Of a stretch of 64,000 nucleotides of DNA, positions 46,757 through 55,957 are shown in pieces. Source of the DNA: a virus. The DNA is taken from positions 40,556 to 104,555 of the IMG/VR virus record IMGVR_UViG_3300017917_002838, one strand, 5' to 3'. The notes beneath the pieces are model-generated. The model did no database searches. It saw only the letters and a list, made by a program, of their open reading frames with translations, and was not told the DNA's origin. Numbering within the stretch: the stretch's first letter is position 1; each line of letters begins with the position of its first letter. A program made the translations under genes and the position numbers.

Positions 46757-47164
46757 TTAGCGATAGAAGTCTTGAACCTCTGTTGCATTCGCTAGCCTAA
46801 AGCCCTCCTCTTTATTAAAAATTGCTTCGGCTTTTTCAGATGGCATTGCTACAAATGGATGTTCTCTTGTAAATGTATATCCCATAGTATCGTATCTGAA
46901 GTTTGCTCTTGTCATTCTTACCAAAACTGTATTCTCCGGTTGTGCTGCCTTTGGGTCAAACTTTGGTAATACCTCTACTGCATCTTCATCTTCTTCTGAT
47001 GAATCTTCATTTTTTTTAATTGTTTTGTTATAGACTTCCCAGGTAACGCCTTCTTCAGCCAGGGCAGCAATAACCTCTTTTTTATTTTTGATACCTTCTA
47101 GGTCAACTCCGAAATCTTCGGCAACCTTTTTTAATTCATTAAGTTTTAATGTCTCAAAAGACAT
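46757..47164 (-). CDS. Protein with Rho-N/HeH-like helix-extension-helix N-terminus
   Basis: FETLKLNELKKVAEDFGVDLEGIKNKKEVIAAL; promoter TGATATAAT at 47188-47196. Confidence 0.6.
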   Translation of the reverse strand: MSFETLKLNELKKVAEDFGVDLEGIKNKKEVIAALAEEGVTWEVYNKTIKKNEDSSEEDEDAVEVLPKFDPKAAQPENTVLVRMTRANFRYDTMGYTFTREHPFVAMPSEKAEAIFNKEEGFRLANATEVQDFYR

Positions 47165-47209
47165 GGCATCTCCTTTGTTATTTTTTAATTATATCATTTT
47201 AGCATATTA

Positions 47210-47244
47210 AAGTAAAGACCCCCGAATTTCTCCGGGGGTCTTTA
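47210..47244 (-). terminator. Intrinsic terminator after major capsid gene
   Basis: TAAAGACCCCCGGA-GAAA-TTCGGGGGTCTTTA-CTT. Confidence 0.85.
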
Positions 47245-47262
47245 TTGGTCTAAATTCCTAAA

Positions 47263-48312
47263 TTAGGATGCGACCTTGACGTTCTTAACGACTACCCAAG
47301 CATCTGCTTGCTCGATTTGGACACCAACGCGAGTATAAAGTGTATACTCGATTGAATCCTTACGTGGCCAGAAGAAGCGATAGACTGTTACATCACGCTT
47401 AATACCAATTACGACGTTATTTGGGAATGTAAGGTGGATGTCACCATGATCTCCCGATGCGCCGGAATGTGTACCTGTTTGTGTTTCTTTAAGAAGTGGA
47501 ACTTCAACAATTGGAATTCCAAATGCATAAGGTGCTACGTAACCAGCTGGTCCTCCAAGAGGAGCAACATCGCCACGGATAATGCTTGAAGCAATATCTT
47601 GTGGGATTGTCTGGTTTGTACCAATGCTATTTGCATATAGGAAGTCCTGGATCAAGTTCGAACCTGCGAGGAAGCGAAGGTCAGTACGACGTTGCTTGTA
47701 CTTACGTGGAAGAGCCTTAAGAGCACTGTTAAATACAGCACGGCTAATATTAGCACCTGCTGCATCAACAACGTGACCGTAAGCCTTTGACTTAACAACT
47801 ACACCATCAAATGCCTTATAAAGGTTATCTGAGGTTAGTGCTGTATTACCATTAAGAACAACATCTTCGATGTCATTTCCTGCTTGTGTTGCCATGAGAC
47901 GAGCGATATGATCCTCAAGGTCTGGACCCTCAATGTTGTCTTCAAGAGACTCTGTTGAAAGTTCCCAGTCAAGGCGAAGCTTCTTTGTTGTAAGATTAAT
48001 CTTGGAGAATGTAACACCGGCATTGCTTGAAGTATCATCTGCTTCAGATGCAACCTTCATAAGCTTCTCACCGACGCCAATTCGATCAATCTCAGTCGTG
48101 TCTGCTCTCATTCTTACAGTACGTGCGACTTTACCAATTACGGTTGCATCGAATACGTAGTCCAAGAAACGTGCGGACTGTTCTGGGTTCAAAAGACCAC
48201 CATCACCAGTTGATCCAATATGGATACCTGTTGTGCTAGTAGCTGAACCTGTCATGCTATCAGTTACAGTAGTATTTGATGCTACTGTCTTTTCTAGAAT
48301 TTCATTACTCAT
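47263..48312 (-). CDS. Major capsid protein (HK97 fold)
   Basis: GGLLNPEQSARF...ESLEDNIEG...GNDIED...FGIPIVEVP; start at ATG 48312; follows protease/scaffold. Confidence 0.93.
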   Translation of the reverse strand: MSNEILEKTVASNTTVTDSMTGSATSTTGIHIGSTGDGGLLNPEQSARFLDYVFDATVIGKVARTVRMRADTTEIDRIGVGEKLMKVASEADDTSSNAGVTFSKINLTTKKLRLDWELSTESLEDNIEGPDLEDHIARLMATQAGNDIEDVVLNGNTALTSDNLYKAFDGVVVKSKAYGHVVDAAGANISRAVFNSALKALPRKYKQRRTDLRFLAGSNLIQDFLYANSIGTNQTIPQDIASSIIRGDVAPLGGPAGYVAPYAFGIPIVEVPLLKETQTGTHSGASGDHGDIHLTFPNNVVIGIKRDVTVYRFFWPRKDSIEYTLYTRVGVQIEQADAWVVVKNVKVAS

Positions 48313-48331
48313 TATTTCTTTCACCTGCCTT

Positions 48332-49705
48332 TTATTTTAGTATGTCACTAACGGAACCGAGGAAAGCGCCGCTCCATTTTGATTTTTTGATTGTTGTTAC
48401 TTCCTGAGACCCGCCAAGGTCTGAGGACTTCTTTACCGCAGTGTCATTCTCCACTGCGTTAATTCTTTTTTCTACCATGCCGATTTGTTCTCTGATGGTA
48501 CGCACTGATTCGCTCAATGCTGTGTGTTGTTCTGCTAATTCGCCAATTCTTGTTTCTACACTCTTTGTAAATGTTTCCACTGTTGCTTTAACTTCTGCAA
48601 CTTGCTCGGCACTCTTTTCGCTTGCCTTGCTAAGAGTATCTGAGAAGAATCCCTTAAGGTCGCCCAACATCTTTGCAAAGTCTGGTTCCTCTACCTGGAC
48701 TTCTGACACATCTGCGGACTTCTCTACGGTTTCGGCTTCCTTAGCGTCTTCAGCTACTTCTGTAGCCATAGCTGCTGTATCTTCAGCTGCTTGTTCTGCA
48801 ACTGTTTCTACTTCTGGGGCTGGTGTTTCTTCAACTACAGCCTCTGAAGTAGTATCTTCAATTTTTGCTTCTGACACTATAGAACCTCCTTCGTTGATCT
48901 GTGTGTTTGCCTGCTTTGCAAGTTGATTATTAAAATCAGGCAACTTTATATTTTCACGCTCTTTTGCAGAACGAGAAACCTTATTGATATATTGTTCATA
49001 AATATATCTTACTGTATCCGCCTTATTTACTTCTGAGTTTTCAACCCAGCCAATATTTTTCATTTCATTTGAACATACTGAGCAAATTCTTTTTTCTGAA
49101 GAATCTGAAACAACAAAATTATCTGTTTCGCAATAAAAAACATTTGCTGCTACTACATCTGCAGCAAGTCCCTTATAAACTAGTTGACCATTTACCTTTT
49201 CAATAGAAAGAATATTGCAAAGCTCATTTGCTGGTGAATCTACTAGTGATAGTTCTACAAGATCGTAGTCTTTAATAAATCGAACTGTTGTTCCATCTGC
49301 CTTATTAACTTCATTATCCGATTCATTAATTCTTCCGCCAATTGAAAATCCACTCAAAGTTCCATCGAGAACTTTTTCCCAAGTATCCTGTGCGCCTTTT
49401 GAAATATAGGATGTAACCCAAACTCCGTCATAGAAAGCTTTTGATTCTGGATCAAAAAAAGTTTCTGGTTTAAAAGAAACAACTTTGCCAACTGCAATTG
49501 GTTGATGCATTTCTCTAAGGTTGCCTCTAAATCTTTCAAATGCCTTTAGGCTTGCTTCTGCAGTAACAACATCACCGGTTTGATCTAGGTTGTTTAGAGT
49601 GGCAAAACCTGAAACGGTTCTTTTCTCTTTATTAACTTTAGCAAAGGGTACGGCAATATTGAGCCGGGTACCCTGGCTAGACCAATGAGTTTTTTCTATG
49701 TTCAT
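48332..49705 (-). CDS. Prohead protease fused to scaffolding domain
   Basis: VSGFAT...DQTGD...REMH...GFSIGG...ELSLVDSPAN (HK97-type protease); acidic coiled-coil C-terminal half; promoter TTGCCT-N17-TAAAAT at 49743-49715. Confidence 0.9.
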   Translation of the reverse strand: MNIEKTHWSSQGTRLNIAVPFAKVNKEKRTVSGFATLNNLDQTGDVVTAEASLKAFERFRGNLREMHQPIAVGKVVSFKPETFFDPESKAFYDGVWVTSYISKGAQDTWEKVLDGTLSGFSIGGRINESDNEVNKADGTTVRFIKDYDLVELSLVDSPANELCNILSIEKVNGQLVYKGLAADVVAANVFYCETDNFVVSDSSEKRICSVCSNEMKNIGWVENSEVNKADTVRYIYEQYINKVSRSAKERENIKLPDFNNQLAKQANTQINEGGSIVSEAKIEDTTSEAVVEETPAPEVETVAEQAAEDTAAMATEVAEDAKEAETVEKSADVSEVQVEEPDFAKMLGDLKGFFSDTLSKASEKSAEQVAEVKATVETFTKSVETRIGELAEQHTALSESVRTIREQIGMVEKRINAVENDTAVKKSSDLGGSQEVTTIKKSKWSGAFLGSVSDILK

Positions 49706-49763
49706 ACTATATAAATTTTAGCAATGTAGATATAAAAAGGCAAATATTGATCGACCAGAAGAA

Positions 49764-51350
49764 TTATTCTACCTGGCGACCTGCACCTTGTTCATTTCTT
49801 CCTTCTCCAGAAATATCCGGAGAATTTGCTGTCCTTTCCTGATCTCTTCTTCTAGAATCCATAGCCTGAGAACGCTGTTCTGCCTGTTGTTGTGGCTTTA
49901 ATTCAATAACCTTATCTCCATTGTCTAAAGGAATATATCCTTTTCTAATTCTGACCTCATTTGGAGTTATAACCTGCATTCTTAAATATCTTTCGTCAAT
50001 CTTAGATTGAGTATCTTCATCTGTTAGGGTCATTTCATTGAATTTAATTTCTAAAGCATCAGTCTTTTCTTTAATTAATTTAGATAGTTTTTTCTCTAAT
50101 AACATTTGAGAAGGTCGGCAAACCTGCTCTTTAAATGTTTTATCGGCATCTCTTGCAACTGCTAAATTAACACCTTCTGGAGTTCCCACCTTGTTTACAG
50201 GCACTCTATGAGCCATTAATATTTCATCACGATTTGATTTTCTATAAACATTAAATGAAGATTCTTGTGTTCCAGCCTCAACCGGCTCCATCTTAAATTC
50301 TACCTTTTGATCTGGAGAATCTGCTGGAAGCGGAATATAAAGAGATCTATGATTTCTCCCCTTAAGTCCAACCTGGAAAAATTCTAAAAGTTTTCTTTCT
50401 GATTCTGGTGAGAGTTTCGCACCCTTTACGGTAATAATATATCTTGGAACTGCTTTGTTCTCAAAATAGTCTAGGTTATACTTACCTGCAAATTCATTAC
50501 CTGCTAAAGCATTCTGTGCAGAGATAATATCTGGTATTCCATAATATTGATTTACCGGTGTATATTTCTTAATATGAATAATTTCGTTTGGACGATCTTC
50601 TCCGCCAAGAATTGGGTTTGGAGTTTCCATATCTCCAAAGTTTCTAAAAAATACAATCTTGCCATAAAGAAGCTGTACGAATCCGTCTCTCATTCTTCTT
50701 ACACGCATAGTTTTTGCTGGGATATGTCCAATGTATCCAATGTCTCCACGAACAGTTCTACCTATTTCTAGATATCCATTTCCTGTTGCTTCATAATCTG
50801 TCCAAACTTTAATAAGAGTTTCTGTAAAGGTTTCATTATCATTACATTCATCAAGCCAGTTAAAAAGTTGTTGTTTCATTCTTTCAATTTTTCTTCTAGC
50901 TCTTTCTAGCTGTGGACCCTCTTCTAGTTGATCAAGGGCATCCTTCATCTTTCTGCTTTCTTCAAATGAGTAGCCCAAACTTACAATATTTGCAACCTTA
51001 GCATTAATTGCAGCATAGTTATATGTAGAAATTTCATAAATTCTTGAAAGATATTCCATATTGTATGTTGGTTCTATCAAGTCTAGTAATGCATATCCGC
51101 TTACTGCTTGAGCCATTAAAACTTGTTGTGTCTTTGCGCCATCTTCTCCAGTAAAAGATTTTGTCATTTCTCTAGAAATTTTTCTTCTAAATGCTGGAGA
51201 TAGCCCCGACATCTTTTTAATATCTTCTGCGCTTACCGCGAATGGGTCTATAGAATTACTTTCTTTTTCAAACTTAAAACGGTCATCGTATGAAACAACA
51301 CTTACTGTGTTTTCCATATCTGGCTTATCTTCTTCAAATGAAACTCTCAT
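49764..51350 (-). CDS. Portal protein
   Basis: DYEATGNGYLEI...EIIH...YYGIPD...YFENKAVP...ILMAHRVP...TPNEVR. Confidence 0.93.
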   Translation of the reverse strand: MRVSFEEDKPDMENTVSVVSYDDRFKFEKESNSIDPFAVSAEDIKKMSGLSPAFRRKISREMTKSFTGEDGAKTQQVLMAQAVSGYALLDLIEPTYNMEYLSRIYEISTYNYAAINAKVANIVSLGYSFEESRKMKDALDQLEEGPQLERARRKIERMKQQLFNWLDECNDNETFTETLIKVWTDYEATGNGYLEIGRTVRGDIGYIGHIPAKTMRVRRMRDGFVQLLYGKIVFFRNFGDMETPNPILGGEDRPNEIIHIKKYTPVNQYYGIPDIISAQNALAGNEFAGKYNLDYFENKAVPRYIITVKGAKLSPESERKLLEFFQVGLKGRNHRSLYIPLPADSPDQKVEFKMEPVEAGTQESSFNVYRKSNRDEILMAHRVPVNKVGTPEGVNLAVARDADKTFKEQVCRPSQMLLEKKLSKLIKEKTDALEIKFNEMTLTDEDTQSKIDERYLRMQVITPNEVRIRKGYIPLDNGDKVIELKPQQQAEQRSQAMDSRRRDQERTANSPDISGEGRNEQGAGRQVE

Positions 51351-51682
51351 TTTTTCTTCGCCTTTGCTACTTCTTCTTTATATACACCAATATCCAATGG
51401 ATCTGGTACCAATCCCCACTCTAGTCTTTGTCTTTGGTATTCAAACTCTTCATCATCTATTTTTCTTCTACCGGACAAAAATTTAGGTTGACCAACATAA
51501 ATTCCATAACCTTTAACTTCTCTGGCAATTATATCCATTTTTACCTTATCGCCTTTTCTGGCAGCAATACTTAGAAAATTTCCTTCATCGTCACCTATCC
51601 AGCGACCATCTGGCATTTCCCAGACATATATTCCGAGGTTAGTTTCCTCTATAATTTGATGAGATTTCTTTTTTAGTTCCAT
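51347..51682 (-). CDS. Hypothetical protein upstream of portal
   Basis: GIYVWEMPDG...GLVPDPLD; promoter TGGACA-N17-TAAAAT 8 nt upstream. Confidence 0.75.
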   Translation of the reverse strand: MELKKKSHQIIEETNLGIYVWEMPDGRWIGDDEGNFLSIAARKGDKVKMDIIAREVKGYGIYVGQPKFLSGRRKIDDEEFEYQRQRLEWGLVPDPLDIGVYKEEVAKAKKK

Positions 51683-51743
51683 AGACTATTATTTTACCAT
51701 TAACCCGGCTTTATGTCCAAAAAATGTCAACTAGATGGACACT

Positions 51744-54131
51744 TTATATGCTTGAAACCACTACCCAGTCATTGTTGTAGTACTTAGGGTCATTTTCAAC
51801 AATTTTTATGACAGAATCTTTTACTGAAGCTGAGGCTTTTGCTGTATATAAATTATAATGATCTAATGCCATAGCTCCAGAAATATTTTCTTCATATAAG
51901 GTTATATTTTGATAAAGCCCTTTTAAGGCAAAATATGGGTTTCCTTGAAATAAATGCATGTCGTGTAAAAGTATATTTCCTGTTACAGTATTGGTAAAAT
52001 TAATAATTACGTGTTGTATATTTTTAACACTAAATACATTATCTATAAGTGCAGTTTCAGTTGTTTTATTTATTCCATTAACATAAATAGAGTCTATATT
52101 TTTTTTACGAATTTCGGATCCAACCACTGTATAAGGCTGAGTTGATTGTACCCATGAATATTCTGTTTGATATCCTTGAATTGAAAATGAATTATTGGAT
52201 GCATCTAGCCAAGAATATCCGCTCACTGATCCGTCAAAGTATGGTGTTGTTGATGACCCTTCTTCTAATTGTGTACAATCAATATATGTATTATATGAAC
52301 CGCTGGGAAATTGTAAATATGGTACTAAAAGTGGTGCAGTATTCTCTGCTGATACAGTTACATCATATCTATGCCAATTTGTATCAGTTGGATAAAATGT
52401 TTCAGCACCAGTTCCGCCTTGAACCGCAAGACTAAATTGTGTGGATTCTGTTTTTACATACGCAGAAAACGTAAAATTTTTTCCTCTCTGATCTTCTCTT
52501 AAATATGCACTTGGCCCAGAAACATAGTACCAAGATCCTGAAGTTGATACCTTCAAGCTTTTTGATCCGGCATTAGAAATTGATGGAACGTCAGAAGATA
52601 AAGATTTTGTTATTTGAGATTGATTTCCACCAGATATATTCCAGTTATCATAATTTATTTCAAAAGATGGGTTGGAGATGTAATTATATTTTGTTGCTGG
52701 AGAAAATAGTATAGAATATCTTGATGTTTGTAAAGGATATAAATTTTCTGGAGTATAAAAAAATTCAATAGCTTTGATTTCTTTATCTGTTGAAATCTTA
52801 AATGGACCAGATATTGATTTAATTCCATTGTTCTTATGTCTTGATAACAAAGGATAATTAAGTGTTCCTACATAATAATCTTGACCTGCGCTAGATATGA
52901 ATTCTGAAGAGTTTTCAAATGGTACCTCTTTGTTATTATACATACTTATAGCAAAAAATGAAAACGATGGATTCATTTTTTGTACATCTGGTGTGCTAAT
53001 TGTTATTTTTATATAAAGAGTTCCATCTGCTTGAGTAGCATTACCATTATATGTTCCTGCTTGAATAATTGGAATTACACCACCATTTTCACATGGATAA
53101 TAGTTATACTGATCCCCATCTGTACTTACTTCTACAGATATTCCAGCATCTCCCCGCCATTCTATTTTAGATGAAGTTGCTGATGATGGAGGAGTATAAA
53201 TAATATCGTTTAAAACAACAGACTGTGCGCCAGTTAGCGTACTCAAGAATTTTAAAGATTCTGTTGCATCATCGTACTCTAATTTTTGAGAAGTTATTGA
53301 GTCTAAAAATGAATAAAAATCTTTATTTTGTGGATAAGTATATGAAAGAGTTTTAAAAAGCTTAGTATCATTAACTTGATTAATTAATCCACCGTCTGGA
53401 TAGGCTACTTGAATTGGTTCTATTTGAATATGTCCATCTGAAAGATGTGTTAATATAGATTCATATGAAAGTGCATATCTGTATATTGCTACTGCATCAA
53501 TTAAAAACTTATCACCAGATGCTGAATCCGTACTAGGAATTTTTATTGTAGGATTTGAAGAGCCTTGTGGAAATTTAAATGTAGATGGAAGGGTAAGGGT
53601 TTCTGACTGTAAACCTTCTATATACATCGTGATGCCAGTTCCAGAATATACTGCAACTACATGGAAAGACTTGCTATCAAAATCTAAATACTTAGATATT
53701 TTATACGTAGTCGAGTCATCTCCATATACCTCAAAAAATAATGTACTTTTTTCTATATATATGGAAAAAAATCCTTGACCTTCGATTAGTTTCATTTGAG
53801 TATTATATTTTGGAGAACTTCCTCCAGAAATTGGATAAAACCAAAACTCTACAGAAAAATCATTGTCTGAACTATAATATGTGCCAAACGGATTAGTTTG
53901 TGGAACACCATAATAATTATTATTAATTGTAAATTCTAAACTTGTTAAGTCCGATATTTCTGTTGCATTATTCCCACCAGAAACTAAAGGAAGAAGTCCA
54001 GCTGTAAATGTTCCATTATAAGTTCCATTATTTCCACAGCCTGAAATATCATAGGCAACCGAGCCTGAAGTCTCATCCAGGGGCCAGAAGGCTATTGGAT
54101 AGTCTCTAAGGACTTTTAATTGATAGGACAT
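51744..54131 (-). CDS. Concanavalin A/LamG lectin-domain virion protein with a carbohydrate-binding-module-like domain
   Basis: PIAFWPLDE...FSVEFW...FHVVAVY...IDAVAIYRYAL; NYISNPSFE...FTFSAYVK...QLEEG. Confidence 0.75.
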   Translation of the reverse strand: MSYQLKVLRDYPIAFWPLDETSGSVAYDISGCGNNGTYNGTFTAGLLPLVSGGNNATEISDLTSLEFTINNNYYGVPQTNPFGTYYSSDNDFSVEFWFYPISGGSSPKYNTQMKLIEGQGFFSIYIEKSTLFFEVYGDDSTTYKISKYLDFDSKSFHVVAVYSGTGITMYIEGLQSETLTLPSTFKFPQGSSNPTIKIPSTDSASGDKFLIDAVAIYRYALSYESILTHLSDGHIQIEPIQVAYPDGGLINQVNDTKLFKTLSYTYPQNKDFYSFLDSITSQKLEYDDATESLKFLSTLTGAQSVVLNDIIYTPPSSATSSKIEWRGDAGISVEVSTDGDQYNYYPCENGGVIPIIQAGTYNGNATQADGTLYIKITISTPDVQKMNPSFSFFAISMYNNKEVPFENSSEFISSAGQDYYVGTLNYPLLSRHKNNGIKSISGPFKISTDKEIKAIEFFYTPENLYPLQTSRYSILFSPATKYNYISNPSFEINYDNWNISGGNQSQITKSLSSDVPSISNAGSKSLKVSTSGSWYYVSGPSAYLREDQRGKNFTFSAYVKTESTQFSLAVQGGTGAETFYPTDTNWHRYDVTVSAENTAPLLVPYLQFPSGSYNTYIDCTQLEEGSSTTPYFDGSVSGYSWLDASNNSFSIQGYQTEYSWVQSTQPYTVVGSEIRKKNIDSIYVNGINKTTETALIDNVFSVKNIQHVIINFTNTVTGNILLHDMHLFQGNPYFALKGLYQNITLYEENISGAMALDHYNLYTAKASASVKDSVIKIVENDPKYYNNDWVVVSSI

Positions 54132-54158
54132 ATTACCTATTATACCTTAAAATTAATA

Positions 54159-54839
54159 CTAATTTTCAGACGACAGCGCTCTTGTTAGGTAAGTTAAAAA
54201 GTCTCCCTTTATATTGATCTTTGATATATGGCCAATATTTGCGGACGGATCAACATATACCTTGTTTCCAAGTTCCTTCCATTTATGACACATAATGTAG
54301 TCTTCTGAATATAGTTCGCCATCCTTTATTTGAATCTCAAAAACGCTGGCTATTTGATCTTCTTTTATATTATTAAAGGAATATGTTGGCGAACTATTAA
54401 TAAGATCTGATATTGCTTTTTTGCTCATTTTTAAAAATCCGGTTCCAACTGAATCTACTTCAATAAGTCCAGATTTTGTCATATTAATTTGTCCGTTATT
54501 AATTCTAACATTAAAGCTTTCTGTAAATGGATCTCTTCTTCTAGCAACTCCGCCAACAATATCTTCTTCATGATTCATTAATCTTATTGCATCTAGTGGA
54601 TCCCAAAACATGTCTGCATCTATAAACAATATACAATCTAAATCTTTCATACTATTTGCTAATTTCAATAATTCATTTCTAGCTTTTTGAATTAAAGACT
54701 CACCCGGCAAAAATGTAAATGATATATTTATTCCTAGCTTTTGTCCATGATAAATGGTTTCTACTAATGAATTAACATATTCAGTGGCAAGTTTTCCCTC
54801 ATAGCATGGAGTTAATATTGCACAATTTTTAATCGACAT
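54159..54839 (-). CDS. GT-A fold glycosyltransferase-like protein
   Basis: LTPCY...SLIQKARN...LFIDADM...VGTGFL...SEDY..C...GH. Confidence 0.8.
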   Translation of the reverse strand: MSIKNCAILTPCYEGKLATEYVNSLVETIYHGQKLGINISFTFLPGESLIQKARNELLKLANSMKDLDCILFIDADMFWDPLDAIRLMNHEEDIVGGVARRRDPFTESFNVRINNGQINMTKSGLIEVDSVGTGFLKMSKKAISDLINSSPTYSFNNIKEDQIASVFEIQIKDGELYSEDYIMCHKWKELGNKVYVDPSANIGHISKINIKGDFLTYLTRALSSEN

Positions 54840-55533
54840 TTTCCATCTCTTTCATTTTCCAATACATCTTATAATATTCTTCATCAAAATAAAATCTTTT
54901 AACATGTTTTGCAATTGCTCCCGTATAAGCATGCAATTTAATTCCAGTCTCTTTTAATTTTTTAAAAAACATTATGTCTTCTCCAATAAACTTATCATTA
55001 AGTCCTGGATACTCCATAAACAAAGACTGATCTGGGAACTTGTCTTTAATTTTTTGCAAAACTGATTTATGCATTAAAAGCAAACCAAATCCGGCATATT
55101 CACATTCTATTACTGAATTTTCTGGAAGTGGATGAATATAAACTAGTTTGCCTTCTTCATTTTCAAAATAAATTGTTGGAAGTGGACATGGTAATGGAAT
55201 TTCTCCTTCTGGAGATGTAAAATATACACCAGAAATAATTGGCATTGTTTCTTTATCTGCTAATTGCCATAATGAACTAAGAATTTCTGATGTTAAAAAT
55301 ATGTCTGAGTCTACCCATAAAATCCAGTCTACATTATCAAAAGATAGCAGACCTTCAACTAAAACATCTCGTTGTCTTCCAATTTGATTTCCATGAATCC
55401 TAGAAATTCTTGAAATTTTTATTCCTAATGAAGGAGCTTGAGCTGTTACTGAAACTAGTCCTTCTGTAAATTTAGCATCTGTAATTCCATTATCACACCA
55501 GGCTAAACATAGCCTTTCTTCTGAATTTGCCAT
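54829..55533 (-). CDS. GT-A fold (GT2-like) glycosyltransferase
   Basis: IGRQR...LWVDSDI...AGFGLLLMH...GEDI.FF...H; promoter TTGACG-N17-TATTAT at 55585-55557. Confidence 0.8.
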   Translation of the reverse strand: MANSEERLCLAWCDNGITDAKFTEGLVSVTAQAPSLGIKISRISRIHGNQIGRQRDVLVEGLLSFDNVDWILWVDSDIFLTSEILSSLWQLADKETMPIISGVYFTSPEGEIPLPCPLPTIYFENEEGKLVYIHPLPENSVIECEYAGFGLLLMHKSVLQKIKDKFPDQSLFMEYPGLNDKFIGEDIMFFKKLKETGIKLHAYTGAIAKHVKRFYFDEEYYKMYWKMKEMENVD

Positions 55534-55589
55534 TTATTTCCAATCGTTATTTAATAATAATACTAAATTATTTTGTTTTCGTCAAGATA

Positions 55590-55618
55590 TAAATAAAGGC
55601 ACCTAAAAGGTGCCTTTA
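55590..55618 (-). terminator. Intrinsic terminator ending the fibre gene cluster
   Basis: TAAAGGCACCT-TTT-AGGTGCCTTTA-TTTA. Confidence 0.75.
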
Positions 55619-55632
55619 AATTTTATTAATTA

Positions 55633-55929
55633 TTAAGAAATTTCTACTCCGCTAACATGAAAGTTAACAAAAGTTGTACCGGCAAAAGCTGTGATTGTTT
55701 GAGCATTAGCCATCACCTGTTTTAGATCAATATAAGCTGTTGTATTTGCAGCAATTGTTGTACCGCTTTGCAAAGCAACGCTGTTAATATTGATTGTAAA
55801 TGTAGTTGACGATGAAGATGTATTTGCAACTGCTATATTTGTAACAACTGCTGTGCCTGTAGCTGTATAGATTGTTGTTGAGCTTGTTGCTGCAGCAGCT
55901 CTAGACATTAGTTTTGTGGTCGTAGCCAT
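55633..55929 (-). CDS. Small beta-rich virion protein (fibre-associated)
   Basis: VTNIAVAN...IAANTT..IDLKQV...VNFHVSGVEI; SD GGAGG. Confidence 0.65.
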   Translation of the reverse strand: MATTTKLMSRAAAATSSTTIYTATGTAVVTNIAVANTSSSSTTFTININSVALQSGTTIAANTTAYIDLKQVMANAQTITAFAGTTFVNFHVSGVEIS

Positions 55930-55957
55930 TATTTCCTACCTCCTATTTTTATTAGTT

